Shown here one piece after another: positions 1 through 11,700 of a DNA stretch of 64,000 bases (positions within the stretch are counted from its first letter, which is position 1; each line of letters begins with the position of its first letter). The position numbers were made by a program, and so were the translations under genes. The notes beneath the pieces were generated by a model. The model was not told the DNA's origin. It was given only the letters and a program-made list of their open reading frames with translations, and did not search any database. Source of the DNA: Thalia democratica (Eukaryota); the NCBI GenBank assembly GCA_965202585.1, contig OZ241831.1:19530001-19594000 (forward strand), given 5' to 3'.

Positions 1-14
1 ATTGTTTCATACAA

Positions 15-770
15 GCTTTTGCTTATAATCTTTGGCTCTTAAAGTTTGAATTAAATTGCAATGTGCATTAAATTAATACATAAATTACACAAAAAAAAAA
101 CATTATGAAGTAAATTTTGTATAGGACAAATTTCAGTGCGAAAAATAAACTTCCCTCTTAACAAACAACTAAAATCACTAAAACACAAATAAGTAACTAT
201 AACACAGGGGTCGGCAGCCTCTTGTAACTCGCGGGCCAATTTTTCCAGAAAAATTGCTCGCAGGCCGCACTATTTACAAGTAAGTTTCCGCGGGCCGCAA
301 ACATTTAAAAATAATCATAGTAATTAGTAGAAAAAGATAATTCTAAACCAAAACATGACAACACAAGCAGTAAAACAGCATTAGTTAAGAGTAAATATTA
401 TATTAAAAGCCTAGTTGTAAGTGTGTATAGCAAAACATTTTTTTTAACGCTTTTAAAAAAATGTGTTTTTAGCAGATTTTGGCTTTAAGGGCCGCATTTG
501 GCCCGCGGGCCGCAGTCTGCCGACCCCTGCTATAACATAAACATTAAATATGTTAAAATTTATTGAACTATAAGAGAATTTTTTTCATATGTGGGCAAGA
601 CGATATGAATTCGCTTCTTCTTTTTTAAGCAACCCTCTTGTTTAAACGCATACATAACGGCAGTTGATTCTTTTATACACAGCTTGCACACAGGGTTATC
701 ACTATCGACTATATGCTGTGTTCTTTTTATCACCTCCCAAGTTATTCTAAAATCAATGTTCTTCGAAGTA
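15..770 (-). mobile_element. Inverted 3' arm (end of GIY-YIG region + 3' UTR/pLTR) of a Neptune-type Penelope-like element; probably continues beyond the window start
   Basis: Its reverse complement matches 2560-3220. It reads ...ITWEVIKRTQHIVDSDNPVCKLCIKESTAVMYAFKQEGCLKKRSEFISSCPH, a PLE endonuclease C-terminus. Interrupted by the MITE at 205-529. Confidence 0.8.
205..529. mobile_element. hAT (Buster/SPIN-like) MITE
   Basis: TIRs CAGGGGTCGGCA / TGCCGACCCCTG; exact 8-bp TSD CTATAACA (197-204, 530-537); GCGGGCCGC subterminal repeats. Confidence 0.92.
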
Positions 771-2819
771 GAAGATCACGTGGCTGCAGAAGAACACGAA
801 ACATACGGGTTTAAAACAACACGTACATTTAAGCTAATTTAACAGATATAGGCTATTGAAGAAGATCTCATAAAAATGGTGCAAAACGTGAAGTTCAGAA
901 CAACTAGAAGTTGTTATGAACTCGTTTCCAAAACGAACTGTTGATTGTGCGGGACGTAAGTAAGTGCAAAAACTTGAATGTAACTTCGGATAAGACTTCC
1001 AACTTTTACGAAATTTCAATAAGGGACTGTAAAAAAGTTTTAAACAAAAATATTACTAAAAATTACAAAAAATGCACTGATAAACTTTGAAAGATAAGAA
1101 TCTAGAGGCTAAAAACTTAGGTAGTTATTTAAAAATACACGAAATAATTAAAAAACTCCCAGCAAAAAACAAAAACATAACGGTTAAAGACCATAAAGAA
1201 AACTTCTTGACACATCCTAATTGTAAGTTAATCAACACCTCTAAGTCCGATGTACGTCGTTTATGTAAGTTTAAATTTAATGCATCAAAAAAGCTTTGCG
1301 TTTAAATCTAAACTTATGTAGTGGATTGAAACAGACTAAGTCTTATGTTGGTTAACTGGTTTTGAAAAATCTACGTATAGTTTTTAAGTTTGATGTAGTG
1401 GAATTTTTTCCTTATATCAGCGAAGAATTGGTAATAAATTCACTAAAGTTTGCTGGTAAATATACTAGCGTACCTAATGAAGACTTAGGTGTAACAAAAA
1501 ACGGCTGTACTGTAAGTCAGTACTCTATGAACAAGGAAACATGTGGCGCAAGAAGAAAGCAAACAACACCAGCTCTCTTTTTTATGTATCACACGGTTCG
1601 TTTTGGGTGCAAAAATATGTGAACTAGTAGGAACTTTCTTCTTAGACGGATTGGAAAATATTTTTGGTTTAGAAAGAATTGGGTTGTACAGGGCCGATGG
1701 TCTAGCTGTCTTGCCTAAGTCTTCTGGCGTTAAAATTTAAAGATTGGAAAAACAAACGCATCTCTTTTTCAAGTCTATGGGGGTACGGCTCACTTTTGAA
1801 TCATCAATGATGACAACTGAGTACCTGGATGTGAAGCTCAACTTGTATGATCTCTCCTGTATGCCTTTAAAAAGAAAAACGCAAAAAGTATGTATATTAA
1901 CAAAAATTATAGTCACCCACAGATGTAATAAAGCAAATACCAAATATAATTAATCAACGTTTAAATAAAAGATCAGTTGTCGAAGGAAACTTTTCAAAGA
2001 CAAAACACGATTACGAATTAATAATGAAAAATAAAATTTCAAAATGATAAACTTAAATTTGAGAAACGGAGCAAAAACTTAAACGAACAATAAAACTAAA
2101 AGAAAACAAAAAATAGTTTGGTATAATCCCCCATTCAGTAGTTCAGTTAAAACAAATATCGGCATATATCATATAAATATAGTAAAATAGCATTTCAACA
2201 AAAATAACTCACTATCAAAAATCTTCACTAGACATAATATAAGAATAATTATGTACGGCTAATTATAAGAGTTTAATAAAGTCTCAAAACCAAATCATAT
2301 CAAATAAAAGTAATCAAATTCAGAATAAATGTAAATACGCTGGTGGCTGCAAACATAATTTGAAAGGCGCAATTGCCGTTCGGAGAAAATTTTTTACAAG
2401 GCAACATTTAAAATCGACCTGAGAAAAAGTTGTACATCGACTTATGCTCAACTCAGTTCAGACACAGATACGTTAAACATAAAAAATCTTTTAAAGGTGG
2501 TGTAAATTAAAATGGCTCGATTTTTATAAGTATATTTGATACCTAAAGAGAAAGAAAATATATTTTATAATAACTTGGGATGTGATAAAAAGAACACAGC
2601 CTATAGCCGGTGGTAATAACCCTGTGTAAAGGCTGTGCTTAAAAGAATCAACTGCCGTTATGTATACATTTAGGCAAGATGGTTGCTTAAATAAAATAAA
2701 CGAATTCATATCGTCTTGCCTACATAGAAAAAATTTCCCTTTAACTTAATATATTTTTAAATGTCCAATGTTATAGTCACTTATTTGTGGTTTTGTGATT
2801 TTTAGTTCTTTGTTTAAAG

Positions 2820-3063
2820 CAGGGTTTACCAAAGTGGGCCAAGTGGCCCCCTTGGGGGCCATGACAGATACTCAAAAAAGAAGAAAAAAAAATAAAGTTC
2901 TAGGGTTTTTTTATGGTAGTTTTAAAACTTACACTAGATATTCTCGAGTTGCAGATGAAGAGCAAAAAAAAAGGTAGTTTATGAGTAATCTTGTTGAAGG
3001 GAGCCATGGCTTTTTTTAATTTCTTTAAAGGGGGCCATTTGCAAAAAAAATTGGGAAACCCTG
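2820..3063. mobile_element. hAT MITE (CAGGGTTTACCAA...TTGGGAAACCCTG)
   Basis: TIRs; TSD GTTTAAAG/GTTTAAGG (7 of 8 match); GGGGCC motifs; same family as 49948-50152. Confidence 0.8.
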
Positions 3064-3197
3064 GTTTAAGGGGAAGTCTAATTTTTGCACTCAAATTTGT
3101 CTTGTACAAAACTTCATGATTACGTCATATTGTTTTTTATTTTTTTATGTGACTTGTGTATTAGTGTAATGCACAGTGCAATTCAATTCGAACTTTA

Positions 3198-3251
3198 ACA
3201 GCTGAAGATTACAAGCAATTTTTTCGCGGCTTGTGTAAACAATTGTACTGT
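3198..3251 (+). ncRNA. Minimal type I hammerhead ribozyme, core damaged (G12 lost)
   Basis: ACAG CTGAAGA T TACAAGC-loop-GCTTGTG T AAAC AATT GTA CTGT. Stem I ACAG/CTGT and stem II are intact; GAAAC has become TAAAC. Confidence 0.6.
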
Positions 3252-4016
3252 ATTTTCTGATTTCGACAGTTTGCAATAAACTTTATATATACATATATAA
3301 TATTGTTAATTATCCTTTAGTTTAATAGTTATTAACAAGTAAATTCTAGTGGTTATTATTGAAGATTTTATGTTATTTAGGCTAATTTTTTTTTACTACG
3401 TTTGTTTAGAATAAGAATATTTTTTATACAATGCGGCCGGAAAGCAAGTTTGTCTAATAAAAAACAAAATGTAACAGATCCGGCCTACCTTTTGCTATGC
3501 TCCAGGTTTGTACGGACCAAAAATCAAAAGATCAAAAAAACATATATTAAAGCCCGCTTAGATCTCATGAGCGGTTTCTCGCGAATAAACATGCGATGAG
3601 TCGTATTAAGATTGAAACCGGTCGTAGATTGTCTCGAATACTGTTGTTGATGGTCGTGTGGTAAAGTCCATTATTTATTAATGATGGCGCAAAACATCTC
3701 AACTTAGTTGATAATGACCGTATTGAATATTGATATAATATACTCAGTATAATGTACTAAGATGGTTTTAAGAAAATAAATTTTCAGAATAGTATTAACT
3801 TAATTATACATATTTGACAAATCATGTCTCAAACTAAACTTTTATTAAATTTTAAATTGAAAAAAACAATTTATAGACATAAACTTTAACATTAAAAAAG
3901 ACATGTTTTTAGCCCTGTTATAGTAAATAAGTTGAATATAAAATCCAAAACTTTACCTTAGAGTAGAATTTCAAATGGCTTTAGCTTTAATTGGATAACA
4001 ACTAGGAAGCCACTTT

Positions 4017-5241
4017 GGTAATTACTTAGCATGATGTCGCACCAATATCAAACTGGAATTATATAATTCTCAATTTCTATTTTAATCATAAATTTAGGCT
4101 AAAATGCAATGTTTTTGCGTTATATGTTAAGTCTAATTTAATTGATACTATGTTTTGGTTATGGTTGACTTTAGGTGAGCACCAATATCAAGCTGAACTT
4201 GTAATACAATTGATTTCTTATTCAATCATAATTTTAGGCAAAAAATTATTTTTTTATAAATACATGAATAAAATTAAACTAAAATATCATAACTTATAAA
4301 CTTATATACTTAGATGATTTTAATTTTTAATATAAAAGTGATTATATCAATACAATAATTTATATTGATTATGATATTGTTAAATAAAATTTAATAAATA
4401 TTTTAGTTTATATTATGTTAATTTAGTTCTTTTTATGTATTTATATAGCTTGTTTAAAACAAAGTATTGTTTTTTTTTAGCCTAAAATTATGATTATAAA
4501 GACATCGAATGTATTATATTTTCAGCTTGATATTGGTGCTCACCCAGAGCTAACCAAAACCTATGTTTTAAAAATTTTTATATAAATGCATAAACAGTTA
4601 TTTACTTACTTAAAAGGTGATCAAGATAATAACTAAACAAGAGATTGTACTTGTATATCATATATTTTTATGCTTAACTCTAAAAACTTCTAATTATTTA
4701 AAGCTAAAATTAAAGATAGATTTTCAGATAATAAGTTTCAAAATATTTCATTAATTTCCACAGCTTTTAAACATACTTTTCCTAAAGTTTTCAAGTTAAG
4801 GACTGACGAGCTCTTCCAGCAAAACTTAGTTTGCTAAATAAACTTTTGAAAAAACAAAAAGTATTTACACAAAATACCAATTTACAAACATTAACTAATA
4901 AACTACAAGCAGCCCGTGATCTACTTGATCCAGTATCCGGGAGAATATTGCCTTTTTAGATCCAAAGGAACTTAGTTAAAAAAAAATTTGGACCTGTTAA
5001 ATAACAAGATAAGATTCTTAATTTAATCAACTAACTTTGATAATTACTAAACAAAAGTTTGGTGATGTGCTTGACAATAATTTATTGTGTATAACTCTAG
5101 TGACAAAAACATAAAGCTTGTAGAAGCCAATTTAAAATATTAAACAATTTTATTTTTAACCTAAAATTATGGCTAAAAAAGACATTGAACATTACATAGT
5201 TTCAGCTTGATATTGGTGCAACATCATGCTAGGTAATTACC
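4017..5241. mobile_element. Long-TIR MITE (GG termini, Merlin-like), subfamily A, carrying nested insertions
   Basis: Inverted ends GGTAATTACTTAGCATGATGTCGCACCAATATCAA / TTGATATTGGTGCAACATCATGCTAGGTAATTACC; both flanks contain CACTTT (degenerate TSD). Confidence 0.65.
4157..4561. mobile_element. Merlin-like MITE, subfamily B
   Basis: TIRs of roughly 100 bp starting GGTTATGGTT; exact 8-bp TSD TATGTTTT (4149-4156, 4562-4569). GG termini with 8-bp TSD and long TIRs fit Merlin. Confidence 0.75.
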
Positions 5242-6884
5242 TCACTTTCACCCTAATGTGTACACTTAAAATACTAATGGACTAAAAAAGTTTATCTACT
5301 GATTTACCATTTATAACAGCATCTTCTAGTATTAAATCCTTTTTTAATTTGTTAACTTGACCCAAATTAATAATTTGAAAACTATTTACTTTCACAAGAT
5401 TTTTTTGATTAAATTTTCAAGTTAGAAGCTAAGGTTTTTTTTTGCTAATGAGTTGTTAAGCTTATCTACTATTTTTATAAGTAATATGTTGTTTACTATT
5501 ATTTGTTATTTATTATATTCTATTTGAATAAGATTTAGTGTTAATGTTTTAAATTGTTTACGTTTTGTTTGTCTTGAGAATGAGTAGCAAGGATGTCCAA
5601 TAAGCTGTCAGGCAGCACAAAATGAGACAACACATCATGGATGCAACTTTTCCCCAGCCATATTCAATGGACGTTAAATTTTATCAGATAGTTAAAGAAA
5701 ATTTATTGAACAAGAAAGAACAAGCCCTCAAAAAGTATGGTTTAAGGATCAGGAGTACAAGAATATCTGGTTTTGCAATGTTGAAAAGCGTGTGCCCCGA
5801 TTTGTGTGCAAAACCGAATATCTTTTATTCCCACGGATACAGTTTAATGTCTTGTCCAGGATTTAAAGAAAATTTCATATACAAAACATTTATATACATG
5901 ATTGCAACTCACTATTTTTAAATAACTATATTTCTGATACAGACTAGAACAAAATGCTTTGAAAAACTAATATAAAAATTAAATAAATTTCGACCAATAA
6001 CATTTAACAGAACTAAAATAAAAATAAGGCCTATTTTAATTACTTAACTCAAAAAATTTATATTAATAAAATTTACTATACTTCTTAAGCAATTGTCTAT
6101 ACAAGAAAAACACTATTTTTTAAATCTATAGTATAAATATATATATTTACTACTTAAAATCCTTTTTGCAATAAAATCAGTAAAGTTTCTATTGATAGAT
6201 TATTAACATTTTCTTTAGAGTTAATGACAATTTATTCAGAAATTTATTGTTATGTTAATAAAATAATTCAACTTGAATGTTAGAATTTAGGGTTGCCTAA
6301 AATTCAGGCAGTTTGAAAAATGTTAAGAAAATTTTTAAATTTCAGGCTTACTTGTAAATTTTTGTAAAACTCATGCTAGTTTAAATTTTTTTGTTCTTTT
6401 ACTGTTTTTTATTACTTATATTTATCTGTTTTTCTTATAAATTGTGTTTTCTTAATAACATTAGACAATTTTAATATCTGGTTATTTAAGTATTCAACTT
6501 TTTCAACAGTAAGTTTGTTCTTTTTTTGATGTTTTCACTTTTGATTAAAGTACTCTTTCAAACTCAAGTGGGTTCAGGCTACTTTTTGATCAAACAGGCT
6601 GAATTTTTTGCTTTAAAAAAACAACCCTGGTGCATACTTCCAATGATTATCCCTTTGGAGACTCTTGTTAGTTAGAGAAGGTTGCTGCTAGATTTTTTCA
6701 AGTTTGTGTACACCTCTTCACCATTTAAATCAGCATTAAGCAATTTTTATTCTTTTTCACAGTTAGTAAAACAGTTTAAAAATTAAGTTTAAATTATGAA
6801 GTATGAATAAGTTCACATAAATACAAACTTTAGAGTTTAGCAAGTAAAACTTAAGTAAAGATTTTTTATTAATAAATTGTTAAT

Positions 6885-7900
6885 ATTTTTGCTCATTTAA
6901 TGCTATTTGCGTATTTAACTTAAGTCGTTCTTCCTCAATCAATACTGATTCCAGGCTGTAGAGTTCTCTTTGTTAACATCGTTTCAAAACTTTGAAGTTT
7001 TAAACTAAGTCAGAGTTTTAACAGCATGTGCAATTAAAAAGATAGTCAAATATTGTGCTGTTTTTATCTGTTCCACAGTGGTCTTTAATTTGTCAGAAGA
7101 CTTGTGATGTTTCTCCAATGTAGGAGATGCTCTGATCTGAAGAGCAGGTGTATTTATAAATTAAATTTGTGTCAAATACTTCCAAGCATTTACTTTTGTT
7201 GATGAAGTAGTCAGAAACTTTTTTGCTGATGTAGGTCGGTTTAATAACAATGTTGTGTTTATGAAATATGGATGCTATCCATTTTTGGAATCTTATTAAA
7301 CAACTACCAACGTAAACCATTGTGAAGTAAAAGCAGTTTTCAATGTCTGTTTTCTTTTTTCGTATTGATACTTTCATTTTGTTTAAATGATGAGTTGTCA
7401 ATTTTATGAATTTCTAGGAGATTGTTGATGTTGGACTCTGTAAGTTTTTTGGATACTGATTCTCAAGTAATAAGTTTTTAATTTTTGTGAGTTAAAAGAG
7501 GTGAATTTTGTTCAGCATATGTTTAAATAAAAGTTTATTAAAAACTGGTTGTGAACCACGTGGATAGATGTTGTGTTGAATTTTTAGGTTTACTGTGTTT
7601 TTAATATAATTTCTATAATAATAAATTACTTTGTTTTCTTTATAATCCATTAGGCTAATTTGCAATTTTTTGTGTTTACGGAATAATTTTTTTTCTCTAT
7701 TTCTTCAAAACGGTTTTGTGGAGAAATTTTTTTTCTAACTTTTTAAGATAATCCGACTTATTTAAGACAACAACTCCATTGCCTTTATCCATTTTACATT
7801 CAACTAACTGTTAATGAGTTTTTTTAGAGATCGCTAAGTGTTTTATGTGCTAAATAGTTTGGTCTGGCTTCACATTTAACTTAAATATTGTTTATTATTT
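6885..7900 (-). mobile_element. Penelope/Poseidon-type PLE remnant, internally deleted (RT core missing)
   Basis: Minus strand reads DKGNGVVVLNKSDYLKKLEK...IYPRGSQP, then jumps to KLKTYYLENQYPKNL...YFTMVYVG...KVSDYF...NLIYKYTCSSDQSISYIGETS...RIKDH...NFKVLKRC...LESVLIEEERLKLNTQ. Confidence 0.8.
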
Positions 7901-8781
7901 TAACAATATAACTACAAAAATGTAAACACAGGAATACCTTTCATCTATTTTAATGATGAGCTAAACTACAATTGATAACTGTAGCTTTGTCAGTGAACTT
8001 TATTCTTGAATATTTTGTTTAAATCTTCAAGCAATAAAGAAAAGTAACATGCAAAAACATTTAGGGCTAGTTGCAAAGACAAATAGTTTTGTCTAAGTAA
8101 ATTGAATAACAATAAATAGAAAAATAGCTTTTATCTAGCATTTACTAACCATATTAAATATTATTTACTGATCATTAAATAGTAAAAAAAAATAATATTA
8201 TAATTTACAAAAAAAAGTGTTAGTTTACGATTAAAAATTATAAATATGCACATTCATAATAAATAAATCAGATTATTAGAAGTTTAGTTATTACTTATAA
8301 TATTGGTATTTGTAGTAATGTTTTAAATTTTTGTCTTATTTTTATGTGAAGCTTATAACAAGATGAACTTTTTTCTAAATGTTTGTGGTTAGAAGGTTGT
8401 AATTTGTACACTAACATATTCTATGTATGTAAATTTGTAAAAAAACTTAAAAGAATCCTTAAAAGAATTCTTAAAAGAATCTTTAAAAAATCTAAAATAC
8501 TGTAAAATTCCACCTTGAACCTAAAAAATGTTTTTTTTAACTCTTTTATGAAAATATTACTACAAGTTCTAGTTGAATTAAATTAAAAAGTTAAAAGTAA
8601 AAATTAGGTCTATGTAGTTAATTATATCTCTATTTAAATTTTTAAGGTTGATTGTCCAATTATCATTCTCAACGCAGCTTTGTAAAACTCTTTGGTAAAA
8701 TTTTAGTATTACTTTTATGAATGTAACTTTCAGAACTTTTATAATTATACAAAGAATTAAATAAACTATCTTAGTTAAGAA

Positions 8782-11700
8782 ATGAACTTATCAGTTGATA
8801 GTTCTGATCATAAAGTTGTAACTGTGATGAATGATTCAACTACCATTTCAAGAACAATAAAAATAGAAAGTCCTAAAATTGATAGGAACAGTTATTATTC
8901 TAACAAAAGATATACAGTTAATACTGATGGTATACCTTTAAAGAGTAATAGAAAAATGTCTAACCTACCAAGTAGTTATCATTTAAATAAAAGAGGAGGT
9001 AGACTATCTTCTACTAAAAATTATATATCACAAGGCAATAACAAAAGCGCTTTACAAGGTGAGAGTATTAATCATATATCCTCAGAAAAAAATGACTTTA
9101 CCAAAGAACTTTCACCAAGCACTTACAATTATGACAAATGTTCAGCAAAAATAGATAATTTATATTCTTGTTCAAAACATGTTGACTTAAGTCCAGTATC
9201 ACCATATAGTAACTCAAAAGAAAACTCGGAAAAAAATTGGCAAGGAATCTCAAGATGTATGGATTCAAATGCTGAGTATCAATATCTTAAAAGTTGTTAT
9301 ACAGATGTATCAACTTTAAGAAAATACAGTTCAAGAAAAAGTAGTGAAAAACATAGAAGTTTTAGAAATAATTCACCACTTGTTTATGACAATAAAAGAA
9401 GACTACCTGAAAGGTGTGGTTTTGATGAACATAGAATGAATCCTACTTACAATAGAAAATACTGTTCAAATAGTGAAAATACCAGTACTAAATTTTCTCG
9501 CTCAAAAAGTTTTAAGAAAAGGTCACTAGAAAAGTTTAACTATTTTTATACAAGATCTGAAGAAAGAAACCCAATACCCCAGTCTAGTAGAAGACTACAC
9601 AAACCACATTCACCAAGGCCAAAAGGTTCTTATAAGAGGCACAGTCCGAAAATAGAGTACATAAGAGATACAAAATACTATAAACCTAATAAAACTTATG
9701 TAAAAGACACAGTGAAAAGCTTTAATAACGATGAACAAAGACAAATCAGGCAGGATTTTTTTATGTATAAAAAAGAGAGAAGTAAATATCAGCATTCAAA
9801 TTACTTTGAAAAAAATAAGTCAATGTCTCCAATTAATCTAGAAAAAAGACATAATAGTTCTAAAAATTTTGGTATAATAAACTTAGAAAGAACAGAACAC
9901 AGTATATACAGATCACCAAGTCCAAAATACTATAAAAATGCTTCTATAAATTTTAAGTATTTACCAAGTAGTTTGACAAATTATAGAAAAAGGTTATCAA
10001 ATCCTTGCTATTACAGAAAAAGTCCAGAATTTTCTAGTAAAAGGAATGTAATACTGAAAAACCAAGAGGATTCCTGCTTCAAACCAAAAAGATTTACTGC
10101 TAAACTTCAGGATACGGAAAGGTTTAATGTTACAACTTTGAGACTTAGTGGCAATGAAAATAAAACAGACGATGAATTAATGTATAATCATTGTAGCCTT
10201 AAAAATAGAGATCAGAAATTTGCCAAAAATTTATTATATCATAGAAATGAAACAGATGAGTTTTGTGCAAAGTATGGAGAACATTCTAACTGTACAGATG
10301 ATGTTAGAGTTCCAATTTCCTCTCAAAGTACCTTACAAAAAAATTCAAATGAGTTGATACCTAATCGTAAAAGTGAACCGTATTCAGTTCATACAGCTGA
10401 TTTTTATAGAAATGAAACACCTAAAAATAATTACAATTGCAATGCACGAAGCAAAACAATAGAAAGGCAGCCATCAATAGGTATGAAACGTAGTGCCAAC
10501 GAATTTAATACCGAGACAAAACTTAAAAAAAGAAAGATTGATGAAGAGTGTTCTGGTACAAAGTTACCTCTTGTGAATGATGAGGATGTTCAAACACAGT
10601 CAATTGATTCAAGTGACCAGTATCCTTTTGGTTTGTACCATTTGAAAATTTCCAAATTAGCTTCCGAAAGAGATTATAATACTGTCAAAAACTTTTTCCT
10701 TCGTTTTGGAAAAATATTAGCCTTTAAATATATGAAAGGAGATTGTTGTTACACAGCTTATGTGAGGTTTGAAAATGATAGTGTTGCTGATCAAATAGTT
10801 AATAAAGAAATAAAAAAATGTTTAGTTATTAAAGGTGTTGAGTTTTATCCTGAATCTACAAAAACTTACAGAGCTTTTAAAGAAAAACATGTTAACAAAA
10901 CTGGACTTAGCGTCGCAGAGACCTGTAGTCAAACTAGCAATAAAATAAAGTCTGAGGGTTTGATAACAAGTCAATGTAGAAAAACAAATATTGATGCTGC
11001 GGGTGATAGAACATCCTTTGGTGGAATAAGTTTTCGTCAGCTGGCTCCAATGATCCAAACAGGTCCATATATTGGTCAGTTCCATCTCTCAATTAGAAAC
11101 ATATTTGCAGGCAAGCCAAAACTTCAAGTGGACGTGACTGATTTTCTTAACAATTATGGTACACCATCTCACATTGACTTTAGAAACTTGAGAAGAAATG
11201 ATGGACTGAGACGAGATGTTGTAGACGCTTATGTAAAGTACAGCGATGATGCATCAGCAAGCAATTTACTGGATGAAGTTCAGGCTATCAACATTTATAA
11301 CACATGGTGTAATGTACGTCCTACTATGGAGTACACTGCATATAGAAATCGAGATAATACCAATAAGCTTAAGCTAGCTGACCCTGGCATACCTGTAAAT
11401 GCTCCAGTGTTCAAAGGTAAATGGCATCTCAGAACAGGTAAGTTTCTCATGAATGATGAAAGCTTTAAGCAAGCACTAAGACAGTTTTATCAACAGTTCG
11501 GCGCCATTTCAAGCTTTTCTGTTCAGCAAAGCAAACACAAAGGATATTTGTTAGAAAAAAGCAAGTATGACGCTTTTGTTCTTTTCAATGATAGTAATGT
11601 CCCAAAAAAAATTTTGGATTTAAAAATTGACTTTACTTACCAATGGAAACAAAAACACATAATTCCTAGCAAGGAGTTTAAATTTTATTTAAACAATATT

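Larger units (their letters stand above)
771..3251 (+). mobile_element. Decayed Neptune-type Penelope-like element (RT + GIY-YIG pseudogene, 3' UTR)
   Basis: Frameshifted pieces: EEDLIKMVQNVKFR, DKTSNFYE, ITVKDHKENF...CKLIN, FDVVEFFPYISEEL, CELVG...IGLYRADGLA (YRDD decayed), WYNPPFSSSVKTNIG, and the endonuclease tail. Collinear with the intact ORF at 30109-31830. Confidence 0.88.

Noticed and set aside
8450-8490. Three 12-bp AAAGAAT(C/T)CTT repeats upstream of the RRM gene
   Set aside because: Simple slippage repeat; no evidence of function.
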